This document shows, piece after piece, positions 17,504 through 26,710 of a DNA stretch of 64,000 nucleotides. How positions within the stretch are numbered: the first letter of the stretch is position 1; every line of letters starts with the position of its first letter. Source of the stretch: a virus. The position numbers and the translations under genes are program-made. The stretch covers positions 64,001 to 128,000 of IMG/VR virus record IMGVR_UViG_3300032268_001078; one strand, given 5' to 3'. Under the pieces are notes generated by a model. It did not search any database. It saw nothing but the letters and a program-made list of their open reading frames with translations, and was not told where the DNA came from.

Positions 17504-18279
17504 TATTGCATAAATTGTTTAAATGTTTCTATATTTTTTAAAGCTAAATCTAATTTTTCTTGATCTTGAGATTCAAATACATTTTCTACTTTAGTTTTAG
17601 GCTTAAAGTTGATTCCTAAGTGTTCTGTGTAATCAATCATTTCAAATCCTAATGTAACGGGATTTGAAGTATCACAAGATTTAATTTCAGGATAAAAAAC
17701 TGATGGATAGTGTTTGAATTCTGATGCAAAATTAGTTCCTAATAAATGATGATGAACTTTAGAACTCAATCTACCTGTAGCTTTTAAATAAGTAATAAAC
17801 TCTACTCTACCTAGTGTTTTTCTTGTTTCAAAGTGTTCGTGAGTTGAAAAATCATCATAAAACTGACCTAAATGATTAAAACCAATGTATTTTACTCCAT
17901 CTGCTACGAGTTTTTCATATAACTCTTCAGCTTCAAACATATTGTTTGCTTGTAATACAACCATAATTTTATCACTGTCGATTTTTGTTCTCCAGTGTTT
18001 ATAGTTTTCATATGTTTTATCTGCATCATTCCAAGCATCAGGAACAATAAATGCATTAGGTTTAATTTTTACATAAAGATCTATTAATGTTTTGTCGTCT
18101 TTCAAGTCATCTTCAAAAAGACCATTATCCATCATAATAAATCTGCCATTTTCTCTTGCTTTCAAAAAATGATTCATATAATCTTCATCGTGAGCAAACG
18201 ATGGTAAGAAATAATCAAAATCATTAAATTCAAAACTTTTTTCTAAAAGTGCTTTTGGGCATTCGTGACTAACTTTCAT
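17503..18279 (-). CDS. Divergent tRNA-guanine-transglycosylase-fold protein, candidate DNA deazaguanine transglycosylase (DpdA-like)
   Basis: TGT-like motif order MDNG..E, VPD, VLQ, IGF, HHLLG and SCDTSNP; no Zn domain; adjacent to the preQ0 genes. Confidence 0.65.
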   Translation of the reverse strand: MKVSHECPKALLEKSFEFNDFDYFLPSFAHDEDYMNHFLKARENGRFIMMDNGLFEDDLKDDKTLIDLYVKIKPNAFIVPDAWNDADKTYENYKHWRTKIDSDKIMVVLQANNMFEAEELYEKLVADGVKYIGFNHLGQFYDDFSTHEHFETRKTLGRVEFITYLKATGRLSSKVHHHLLGTNFASEFKHYPSVFYPEIKSCDTSNPVTLGFEMIDYTEHLGINFKPKTKVENVFESQDQEKLDLALKNIETFKQFMQ

Positions 18280-18285
18280 AACTAT

Positions 18286-18319
18286 AATATAAGAAAAAGG
18301 GCTTGGAAAACCAAGCCCT
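18286..18319 (-). promoter_or_regulatory. Composite terminator hairpin and promoter (TTGGTT-17 bp-TATATT) for the TGT-like gene
   Basis: Sense AGGGCTTGGTTTTCCAAGCCCTTTTTCTTATATT. Confidence 0.75.
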
Positions 18320-18333
18320 ATTAAAGTGTTTTA

Positions 18334-18615
18334 TTAAAACGCATATGGGTTAGGTACAATATCTGCTGAACCAGAATAAATTATAGCTACACCAGATGAT
18401 TGAGTTACTTGATAAATATAACCATATACACCCGCACCCGCTGAAAAACTAACATTATTTAAATTTCCACTTAAATTACCAATTTTAACGTTTGCTATAG
18501 TATTAGTTACTGGGTAGTACCAAAATCCATCAGTAGATGCTGATACAGATCCTGATAAAACTGTTCCGCCCCCAAATCCATATGGGTGTTTCGAAATATC
18601 TATTTGTCCTTGCAT
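18334..18615 (-). CDS. Hypothetical beta-rich small protein, probably late or virion-associated
   Basis: Gly/Ser-rich SGS composition like the structural genes; ATATTTAT motif upstream. Confidence 0.55.
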   Translation of the reverse strand: MQGQIDISKHPYGFGGGTVLSGSVSASTDGFWYYPVTNTIANVKIGNLSGNLNNVSFSAGAGVYGYIYQVTQSSGVAIIYSGSADIVPNPYAF

Positions 18616-18636
18616 TTTATTTGTTTATAATAAATA

Positions 18637-20487
18637 TTATACAATTTCGCAAGCTCCACCAGCACACGCTGCTTGATCCATTAAGTTTGTCATATCACTC
18701 ATTTCTACTACATTTCTCAAATCAATATTATGTAAATGTTGTACCATTTCATTGTATTGTTCTTCTGTAATTGTTTCAAACGGAGTTTGTTTATAACTTC
18801 CTAAGTCTTCAGGTAAACAAGACATTGCTGTGTAGTCTTCTCTGTGTTTCCACATCCATTCACCTACTTGTTTCCACTCACCTGCTTTGATATTGATAGT
18901 AACAGATACGTTATTGAAATTTTGACCGCTTCTATGACCTGGTCTTACCCATTCCATATTAAATCTGCGAGTTCTTTCTAATAAATCAAATGTTGATTCT
19001 GCTCTTGTTGTAGCTCCTACTGGTGCTGCTTGAGGAACAGAAATAACTGCTTGTTGACTTGGATTAAAGAAATCGTCTTCAACTAGTTCTGGGTGATTAA
19101 TAGATAAATAAGTGTAAATAGCTTCATTTTTACCTACTCTAATTCTACGAATATAGAAATTGTCGTGCCAAGCGTGAATTCCACTTGAACTTCCTAATAC
19201 TAAACTTGAAGTTCCACTTGGTTTTACAGTGGTTGAACGAGCTGCTTTTCTAATTCCTAAAAGTTTTGCTACTCTTTCGTTTTCTTCTTTAACTACTTTA
19301 GCACCTTCTTCTAAGTTGATGTTATCTAATTTTCCAGATGCAATTCCTGTAATACCTACACCTACTAAAGCGTCTTTTTCAGTTGTTTTTTTCCAAATGT
19401 CTCTTAAGTAGTGGAAGTCTGTGTAACTAGCTTGTAAAGTTCCTAAGAATGAAGCTGCTTTTGAACGAGCATTGAAATCTGCTTGATCTACTACATCTGT
19501 AGCGTTGATTTCACACAAGTTACAGAATTGGTATGGTCTTAAAGCAATTTCAGCACAAGGGTTAGTACCATAGTCTTTATCATTACTGAATATAAATCCT
19601 GGTTCACCTGCATTTGATGCTTCAACTTTAGCCCACAATCCCATAAATTCGCTTTCTGTAATTTTATGGCGCAAGATTACTGCTGAGTTGTTAGCTCTTC
19701 CACGTTGAGGATTAGTTTCCCACCAGTTTCCAAATTTACAAGTTAACATATCTTCATCATCAAAATCAAACAATGAAATCAATGCTGCTCTTCTAATTCC
19801 TCCACTTAATACTGCGTCAGCTAAGTGACAAGCAATATCGTGACATTCTACAGATGTTAATTTATCTCCTGCTTTTTTACGATCAAGAATTTTTTGGACT
19901 TGAAATAATACTTCTTTTAATGGTTCTGGTCCTGGAGCTTTTCCTCCTGCAGTAACTAATTGTTCTCCTTTTGCTCTAATGTCTCTAAAGTCAAATTTTG
20001 GTCTAGCTCCACCTTTCAAATAAGCTTTCATTAAAACATGTACTGCATCAGCCCATCCTTCAATAGAGTCGTTGATAAGATAGCGTTTTTCGCGTGTTGG
20101 AATTGTTATTTCAGGTAGTTTATCGATATGATGGCCTTGTACACTAAATCCAACGCCACATCCACTAAGAAGCAAAAACATAATTTCACTAAAACTCTTC
20201 ATATTGTCAATAGGAAGGAAACTACAATTGAACATTCTAGCATTGTTAATGTCTGCTGGTTTTCCAGCAAACTGCAATGATCTCATTGATGGTAAAACTT
20301 TTTTGTTGTAAACCATTTTGTAAACTTCATTGATTTCATCAGCTAATTCTGGGAATTTAGCTAAATGCATTTCTTTATTTCTGTCCACGATTTCTTCCCA
20401 GGTTTCGCGGCGAGATTTTTCGGGGATATGGCGAGCATACTTCATGTATGTCGTGATATCCGACAATATATTTTGTGTTGTGTTCAT
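18637..20487 (-). CDS. nrdJ: Class II (adenosylcobalamin-dependent) ribonucleotide reductase
   Basis: PSMRS, FNCSF, TNPCAEI, FCNLCE, TTVKPSGT and C-terminal CAGGACEI; no C-terminal Tyr pair. Confidence 0.85.
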   Translation of the reverse strand: MNTTQNILSDITTYMKYARHIPEKSRRETWEEIVDRNKEMHLAKFPELADEINEVYKMVYNKKVLPSMRSLQFAGKPADINNARMFNCSFLPIDNMKSFSEIMFLLLSGCGVGFSVQGHHIDKLPEITIPTREKRYLINDSIEGWADAVHVLMKAYLKGGARPKFDFRDIRAKGEQLVTAGGKAPGPEPLKEVLFQVQKILDRKKAGDKLTSVECHDIACHLADAVLSGGIRRAALISLFDFDDEDMLTCKFGNWWETNPQRGRANNSAVILRHKITESEFMGLWAKVEASNAGEPGFIFSNDKDYGTNPCAEIALRPYQFCNLCEINATDVVDQADFNARSKAASFLGTLQASYTDFHYLRDIWKKTTEKDALVGVGITGIASGKLDNINLEEGAKVVKEENERVAKLLGIRKAARSTTVKPSGTSSLVLGSSSGIHAWHDNFYIRRIRVGKNEAIYTYLSINHPELVEDDFFNPSQQAVISVPQAAPVGATTRAESTFDLLERTRRFNMEWVRPGHRSGQNFNNVSVTINIKAGEWKQVGEWMWKHREDYTAMSCLPEDLGSYKQTPFETITEEQYNEMVQHLHNIDLRNVVEMSDMTNLMDQAACAGGACEIV

Positions 20488-20541
20488 AATCTAATTGTGG
20501 GTTAATAAATATTATATAGTAGTTTGTAAATGTAGATTTTT

Positions 20542-21891
20542 TTAAACAGATTTTGCCATATTTAGTAAATCACTATTATTCCATCCTTCATCAAGTAAAG
20601 AAGATTTTACTTTAATTTTTTCTTCAACTTCATCTTCTCCTCCACTTAATAAAACGTGTCCTGTTGTAGTATCTACTTGAGCATTGTAAGTCATACCATC
20701 CATTCCATAACGATTTTTCATAATATGAATTCTACCAGTTCCTGCTACTTTGTCTTCCTTTTTACGACTCAATGACATACAAAAATCTGAAATCATAATT
20801 TTATCATAACTTCCTGCTGCTTTATCACCTTGAATAATATCATCTTGAGCACCTGAACGATTTACTTGGCTTACTGACCAAATAGGTGTATTCAGTTCAC
20901 GAGCCATACCTTTAATAGCGATATAAACATCATCTATTTCATCTTTCCTATCACTATTTCTTTTAGGAGAACGCAACAAATCAATGTAATCAATAATAAT
21001 TAAATCGGGTTTAATGTCCATGTCTCTAAGTTTTGAAACATGAGATTCTAATGTTTGAACAGTTGCTTTACCCATACTAAATTCTTTAACAATTAGTTTA
21101 CCTTCTAAACGATTAATTTCATTTTCAACTTTTTTCCTATGTAAATGAATTTGATTTACAGATTCATCTACAAAAAAAGCATCAAATCGTTTACCTACAT
21201 AAACTTCTCCTAATTCTAGTGTGTAATAAACAACATTAAATCCTTGTTGTACAGCATGTCCTGCTATAGCAACCATCATCCATGATTTACCTCCACCAGG
21301 ATTACCAAAAACAAGACCCAAATCTCCTCCACCTAAACCACCCATTAAAAGTTTATTGATATCTGCCCAAGGCGTAGGAATAATTACTCTTGCATCTGGT
21401 CTGTATCTTGATTCTACATCTTTAGAGTACTCATGACCAATGTTTTTGTCCATTCCTGCTTTTAACGCAGAATCAATTAAACTTCTAATATCATCATACA
21501 TTCCTGAATTTAATAAATCTACTGATGTAAGTAAAGCTGATTTTAGTTGTTGATTTTTACAAAAATTACTAAATTCTTCTCTAACATAGTCAGCATCATT
21601 GTTATCAATTCTATAAGATTCACGAAGTTGTTCAACTACTGCTGTTTTTAATACTTCATTGTCTAATTTCTTAACCTCAATATGTAATGATTCAAGTGTA
21701 GGAGATGTGTGATACTTGTCGAAATATTTTAATGTTTGAGTTACAATCCACTGTAAACTTTGATTATCAAAGTATTCATTTTGAATGGTATCTCTAATAC
21801 TCAATAAAAACTCTTTATTTGTTAATAATTGGTTAATTACCTTGAGTTGAAAAGGTAGACCATACAAACTTAATTTATTAAAACTTACCAT
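20542..21891 (-). CDS. gp41: Replicative DnaB-like helicase (T4 gp41-like)
   Basis: Walker A GNPGGGKS, YTLEL, IIIDYIDLL, SQVNR and KNRYG. Confidence 0.9.
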   Translation of the reverse strand: MVSFNKLSLYGLPFQLKVINQLLTNKEFLLSIRDTIQNEYFDNQSLQWIVTQTLKYFDKYHTSPTLESLHIEVKKLDNEVLKTAVVEQLRESYRIDNNDADYVREEFSNFCKNQQLKSALLTSVDLLNSGMYDDIRSLIDSALKAGMDKNIGHEYSKDVESRYRPDARVIIPTPWADINKLLMGGLGGGDLGLVFGNPGGGKSWMMVAIAGHAVQQGFNVVYYTLELGEVYVGKRFDAFFVDESVNQIHLHRKKVENEINRLEGKLIVKEFSMGKATVQTLESHVSKLRDMDIKPDLIIIDYIDLLRSPKRNSDRKDEIDDVYIAIKGMARELNTPIWSVSQVNRSGAQDDIIQGDKAAGSYDKIMISDFCMSLSRKKEDKVAGTGRIHIMKNRYGMDGMTYNAQVDTTTGHVLLSGGEDEVEEKIKVKSSLLDEGWNNSDLLNMAKSV

Positions 21892-21905
21892 AACTTATTT
21901 TTTAT

Positions 21906-21934
21906 AATATAAAAATTTATTTTTTAGATGCCAA
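21906..21934 (-). promoter_or_regulatory. Promoter TTGGCA-17 bp-TATATT upstream of the helicase
   Basis: -35 at 21929-21934, -10 at 21906-21911. Confidence 0.65.
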
Positions 21935-22942
21935 AAGATGAGTAAAAACATTTATTAACCATCCTTCAACATTAGGAATTGAATTTCCTAATAAATCTTG
22001 GGTGTACATTGTTACAAACTTTGATTTATCCATTGTTGACTTAGGTTGTTGGAATATATCATCTGCTTCTAATTTCATCATTGCTGATAAATTTGGATTG
22101 TGTAAATCCATTAATTTTTCATTAATAAGGAGTTGATGTTTAAAATTATGAACATTAGAATACATCCCTGTGTTTTCTTTTTCTGATTTTTCAAGAATTT
22201 CATTTAATGTTACTTTTTCTTCTTCAACTAATTCTGGAAAGTTTTTGATTAGTTTTTTAGGACCTAATTTAGGAACACCAGGAACATTATCAGAACTATC
22301 ACCTAATAATATTTTCATTTGAAGATAGTTTTGAGGTGGCAGTCCATATTCTTCTTTTACGCGTTCTGGTGTGTAAAATTTCTTTTTAGTTGGAGAATAT
22401 ATTGTAATTTTATCGTTTACTAATTGAAGAAAATCTTGGTCTGAGGACATTATTACCACCTCTTTAGTTTCTGCGAATTTCGTTGCAAGATACCCGATAG
22501 TATCGTCAGCCTCTGCTCTGTCAATAGAGCATATGTCTATTGGAAGACATTGTAAATACTCAACGAGTCTTAACAACTGGTTTTCTATTGATTCAGATTC
22601 TTCTGCTTGATTAGCAAATCCATCAAAGTTAGTAATTCGTTTTAGTTTACGATTACCTTTATAATCAGGATACAAGTTTTTCTTATTTTGAGTAGAACCA
22701 GATCCTTCAAAAACAATAATTACTCTTGTTGGGTTAGTATGTTTAATAGCATAACCCATTGATTTTAAAAAACCAGTAAGTCCCCCAATATGATTTCCTT
22801 TGGGATTTATGTGATTAATTATTGCAAAACTTCGTAAAAAAGTATTCATAGCGTCAACCAAAAGCACCTTTTGGGTGCTTTCTGGTTGTGCTTGTCTTGA
22901 TTTGGATAATTTATCAATAATCGCTTGAAAATCTTTATCCAT
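21917..22942 (-). CDS. 5'-3' exonuclease / flap endonuclease (Pol I N-terminal domain or T4 RNase H-like)
   Basis: LLVDAMN, YKGNR, EADD, SSDQDFLQL and GDSSDNVPGV..LGPK. Confidence 0.92.
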   Translation of the reverse strand: MDKDFQAIIDKLSKSRQAQPESTQKVLLVDAMNTFLRSFAIINHINPKGNHIGGLTGFLKSMGYAIKHTNPTRVIIVFEGSGSTQNKKNLYPDYKGNRKLKRITNFDGFANQAEESESIENQLLRLVEYLQCLPIDICSIDRAEADDTIGYLATKFAETKEVVIMSSDQDFLQLVNDKITIYSPTKKKFYTPERVKEEYGLPPQNYLQMKILLGDSSDNVPGVPKLGPKKLIKNFPELVEEEKVTLNEILEKSEKENTGMYSNVHNFKHQLLINEKLMDLHNPNLSAMMKLEADDIFQQPKSTMDKSKFVTMYTQDLLGNSIPNVEGWLINVFTHLLASKK

Positions 22943-24020
22943 TATCGTCGTCTCCTACTAAAGGAATATTATTTGTTTCTTCCCAATCTGATTTGTCTTC
23001 TACTACAGAGAAATCACCTGATCCTAAAACAGTTAACCATTCGTCTTTGTGTTCTTTTTTGTATGTTTCTACAGCTTTTGGGTCATCATCTATAAAACCA
23101 TGAACTGTAACCATAACTGTTCCTTTAGTTGTTACACCTGTAATATGGTTTTTATCACACATAATGCGAGTACGTTTAGCAAATTCAACATCTTTACCAC
23201 TTTTAGTAGCTTTTATTTTTGTTGTTCCGCTATTTGTAACATTACCAAACGTAATTACTAAAGTAGAGTCAAAGAACATAGTATCTCCACCTTTATTTCT
23301 CATTTTTGGTTGAGACATTGGTGTTTCTGCGGGGCTAACCCATACTTTATTTACTGCTACTAATGTATTAGTATAAGGTAAATTAGCTTTACGAGATAAT
23401 ACAATTTTCTGATTAATGAAATTACCAAACTGTTGGGAAATAGCACCAGCATTCCATTGTGGATTGTTTTTATTTGAATCTACAGACATTCTAGAAGGAA
23501 TTGAACCAACAGAATCCCATAAAAATAATAAATCATATGGTAATCGACCTTTAGCTTGTTCATCCAACATATCTGCAATAAAACTAGCAACATCTTCAAT
23601 AGTTGTCAAGCTACCCCTATCAACATAAACAAATTGACCTTTGTAATCAATTATTTCACCTGTTGTTTCATCTACAACTTCTTCCATTTCAAAACCCATT
23701 TGACGGGCATGATCCCAGTTCCATTTCATTTCAGTAATAATGAATACTGGTAAAATGCCCATCTTTTGAGCTGACACAGCAGCTTCAATTAAAGCTGTTG
23801 TTTTTCCTGTGTCTGAATGGCCTCGAAGTAACGTAATGTGACCCATAGGAATGCCTGGTAGAGTTAACACATCTTGAAATGCTGTGCTAAGTGGAATCCA
23901 TCTTTGTTCCTTAAACGTAACTGATGAGTTACTTAGATACTTTGACTTTTTAAATGATTCTAGGTCAAAATTTCCTTTTACTGCATTAGATACAGTTTCT
24001 GTTAACTTCTTTTTTGTCAT
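22935..24020 (-). CDS. uvsX: RecA/UvsX-like recombinase
   Basis: GHSDTGKT Walker A, LFLWDSVG and GG..MFF..T. Confidence 0.85.
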   Translation of the reverse strand: MTKKKLTETVSNAVKGNFDLESFKKSKYLSNSSVTFKEQRWIPLSTAFQDVLTLPGIPMGHITLLRGHSDTGKTTALIEAAVSAQKMGILPVFIITEMKWNWDHARQMGFEMEEVVDETTGEIIDYKGQFVYVDRGSLTTIEDVASFIADMLDEQAKGRLPYDLLFLWDSVGSIPSRMSVDSNKNNPQWNAGAISQQFGNFINQKIVLSRKANLPYTNTLVAVNKVWVSPAETPMSQPKMRNKGGDTMFFDSTLVITFGNVTNSGTTKIKATKSGKDVEFAKRTRIMCDKNHITGVTTKGTVMVTVHGFIDDDPKAVETYKKEHKDEWLTVLGSGDFSVVEDKSDWEETNNIPLVGDDDNG

Positions 24021-24027
24021 AATTTAA

Positions 24028-24891
24028 TTAGTTTTCCCAAGGAAGATCACTGTTGTCTTCGTCTTCTTTAAATGGTGATTTAAGAGTTGATTCTGTGAAA
24101 AGAGCATCAAATTCATCTTCATTGAAATTTGATTTTTTCTTTACTGGAGTAGCATAATCAGTAACTACTGAATTTGTTGTTTCAACAGCTGTTTCAGCAG
24201 TTGCTTCTTCAGTTGCTTCTTCTGGGTTCATCCAATTTAATAAAATAGTTTTCATTTCTTCATAATCCATTTTCTTATATAAAGATAAAAGATCATTTTG
24301 TTCAGAAATCCATTGTTTTACTTTGGTTGAATCTTCACTTAATGGAGTTTGTTTAGTACGAGGACGAACAGTTGACTTATTAAATTTAGTTCCAGTTACA
24401 TCTGGTCCTACAGTTTCAATAGTAATGTCACGACCTTCATAGATGTCTGAAAAATCCCCAATGTCTTCATCAGCAGCCATACTTAATAATTCTTGATAAA
24501 TTTCTTTACCAAACTCCCAATAACGAACACCTTTTTCTTCTTCACCTCTTACAATAACAGGAACGAAGACACGCATTTTAGGTTCAATTTTTTTAGCTAG
24601 TAACCAATTTTCTTTGTCACCAGATTTACGAAGTTGACCAGCAAACTCAACAATTGGATCTTTTTCACCCCAGTTAGTTAAAGCAACCATAGAACGGTTA
24701 GCTACACCATAGTGAAAATACACCTCTTTAAATGGGTTTGTTTTGTCAAATTTAGAAGGAACAATACGAATTAATTGTTTACCAATTGTTGGTTTCCAAT
24801 AATTTTTTGCTCGTTCTTCTTTGTTGTTGTTACCACCTTTACCTTTATTTTGTAAGGTATTCAAGCGATTTTTGATTTGATTAATATCCAT
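24028..24891 (-). CDS. gp32: Single-stranded DNA-binding protein (T4 gp32-like)
   Basis: YWKP..GKQLIRIVP, DPIVEF, PVIVRGEE, EGRDITI and an acidic C-terminal tail ending DLPWEN. Confidence 0.85.
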   Translation of the reverse strand: MDINQIKNRLNTLQNKGKGGNNNKEERAKNYWKPTIGKQLIRIVPSKFDKTNPFKEVYFHYGVANRSMVALTNWGEKDPIVEFAGQLRKSGDKENWLLAKKIEPKMRVFVPVIVRGEEEKGVRYWEFGKEIYQELLSMAADEDIGDFSDIYEGRDITIETVGPDVTGTKFNKSTVRPRTKQTPLSEDSTKVKQWISEQNDLLSLYKKMDYEEMKTILLNWMNPEEATEEATAETAVETTNSVVTDYATPVKKKSNFNEDEFDALFTESTLKSPFKEDEDNSDLPWEN

Positions 24892-24912
24892 AACTTTCTT
24901 AATTTCTAATAT

Positions 24913-24941
24913 AGTATAATAAAACTCTTATATAAAACCAA
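24913..24941 (-). promoter_or_regulatory. Promoter TTGGTT-17 bp-TATACT upstream of gp32-uvsX-exonuclease
   Basis: -35 at 24936-24941, -10 at 24913-24918. Confidence 0.65.
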
Positions 24942-24943
24942 AG

Positions 24944-25333
24944 TTATATATAAATTATTTTATAAATTTTTGTATTTATTATTCTTAAATCGTCGCCTTG
25001 TGTTAATAATACACTATTTTGATAATCAGGCCAATTTACTTTAAAATTAGAATCTATTTTTCCTTCATTTAAAGATTTTATTAATGTGTTTAAAGCATTT
25101 ATTGTGTAAAGGGTGTTAGACTCTTTTTTTCTGTGTAATAAAATTGTATTATCAGGAATTGTATCTAAAGGCTTATCCATATCAATATTATATGTAATTA
25201 AATATTCTGTAGTTTGGGAACTTTCTAAAATAAATAATTTATTATATAATATAGAATAACGAGAAGTTATCATCGCTATTGTTTCAGGTAAAAAATCATG
25301 TGCAGTAAAACTACAAAATAGCTTATTCTTCAT
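24944..25333 (-). CDS. Conserved-looking hypothetical protein
   Basis: KLFCSFT...LLHRKKESNTLYTINALN; start reassigned to MKNKLF (the track begins at 25381). Confidence 0.6.
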   Translation of the reverse strand: MKNKLFCSFTAHDFLPETIAMITSRYSILYNKLFILESSQTTEYLITYNIDMDKPLDTIPDNTILLHRKKESNTLYTINALNTLIKSLNEGKIDSNFKVNWPDYQNSVLLTQGDDLRIINTKIYKIIYI

Positions 25334-25370
25334 ATCAATCTCAGTATTACCCATAAATATTGAAGATAAA

Positions 25371-26657
25371 TTAAAATGCATAGTTATTTCCCCTTTTCAT
25401 TTTTGTTATAAACCCGGTTGATTCTAATATTTGTTTTATTTCTTTTACTGTTTCTATTCCATCTTCTTTATTAAAATCAAGAAGAATACTGTCATATGTG
25501 TATAATATAATAGATGATTGTTTATTTTCCAAATATTTTAAAACTTTTTTTAAGAGTTCTACATTTGATTTAGTTTCTAAAGACTGAATATAATAGTTAA
25601 ATATTTTAGTTGGAGATAAATCATCTTGTTTATGTAATATTCTACCAGTGGCAAGTTTTACTTTTCCTTCTTGTTGGTAAATATTCCATAGTTTTTTGAT
25701 TAATCCATTAATTTGTCCAAAGAATGGTTTGTCTCTGTTTTCTTGTTTAACACCTCCATAGATGTTTTTGAACGTAATCTCCTTTGCTTCTTCAACTGAT
25801 ACGCCGAGTAATTGCGATAAATGATCATAAGGAGTGGAAGTCCAGCGAAAACCAATAATTGAAGCGATAAGAGAAGGATGGTAGGCAGTGAAGTCATATT
25901 CTATAAAATAGTCGTTTGATGGTATTAAAGCCGTTCTAGCACCAGTATCTTTAGGTAAAGCAGCAAAATTAATATTATTAAATGTATTACTAGGACGAGT
26001 TGTTAAATTATAAAGATTGTATGAAGTATGTATTTTATTTTTACTGATAGAATAATCTTCAAACTGTGGTTCAAAATGATTATTAAATTTAATAGGTGTA
26101 AATTTTATTCCAATTTGTTCGATTTGTCTAAATACGCCTGTGTAAGTATTATCAAACCAAGTATTTATTTTTCCATCTAAATATGGTTTTATGTGTTCAA
26201 ATACTTTTTCCCACTTTTCAAGGTGTTTAACCACTGGGATAATATTGTTAATATTGTTTCTAAAATAATGTTCTCGATAAAAATGGGTATGAGCAGGTGT
26301 ATCATGTTCAGATGGTTTAATGGTTTTATTTGTTTTATTTAAAGCTTTAAATTGAATGTCACTTACTGTTAAAGTTGATGGTAAAAAATAATCATGAAAT
26401 TTTTTATCTAGTACATAAATTATATTATGTTTTTTTAAAAATTCTAAAACATCTTCAATATCTAAATTGAATGTTTCTGAATGATTAATGGGAAATATGT
26501 ATCCTTTTGAATTAAGACATCTATAGTATATAGAACTTACATTTGTAAGTTTGGGATGATAATTATCATTTCCTGGGATTATTTGAATAAAACAACTATC
26601 AGTACAATGTTCATGTAATCTAAATAATTGTTCTTTTGTTTCTATAATTGCGTGCAT
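25371..26657 (-). CDS. Short, divergent family A DNA polymerase
   Basis: YNLYNLTTRPSN, motif A EYDFTAYHPSL, motif B AKEITFKNIYG and motif C YTYDSILLD. Confidence 0.75.
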   Translation of the reverse strand: MHAIIETKEQLFRLHEHCTDSCFIQIIPGNDNYHPKLTNVSSIYYRCLNSKGYIFPINHSETFNLDIEDVLEFLKKHNIIYVLDKKFHDYFLPSTLTVSDIQFKALNKTNKTIKPSEHDTPAHTHFYREHYFRNNINNIIPVVKHLEKWEKVFEHIKPYLDGKINTWFDNTYTGVFRQIEQIGIKFTPIKFNNHFEPQFEDYSISKNKIHTSYNLYNLTTRPSNTFNNINFAALPKDTGARTALIPSNDYFIEYDFTAYHPSLIASIIGFRWTSTPYDHLSQLLGVSVEEAKEITFKNIYGGVKQENRDKPFFGQINGLIKKLWNIYQQEGKVKLATGRILHKQDDLSPTKIFNYYIQSLETKSNVELLKKVLKYLENKQSSIILYTYDSILLDFNKEDGIETVKEIKQILESTGFITKMKRGNNYAF

Positions 26658-26669
26658 AACCTTTCATAT

Positions 26670-26703
26670 AATATAATAAAAAAGGCTTGGAAAACCAAGC
26701 CTC
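26670..26703 (-). promoter_or_regulatory. Composite terminator hairpin and promoter (TTGGTT-17 bp-TATATT) for the family A polymerase
   Basis: Identical over 34 bp to the element at 660-693. Confidence 0.75.
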
Positions 26704-26710
26704 TTTAATA

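Noticed and set aside
25371-26657. Family A polymerase as DpoZ of a 2-aminoadenine genome
   Set aside because: No PurZ, MazZ or DatZ is recognisable in the window, and the modification genes present point to guanine instead.
2078-26657. Inteins or group I introns in polB, nrdJ, the helicase, recA or thyX
   Set aside because: The ORFs are uninterrupted and of ordinary length, with no splicing or LAGLIDADG motifs; all endonucleases are free-standing.
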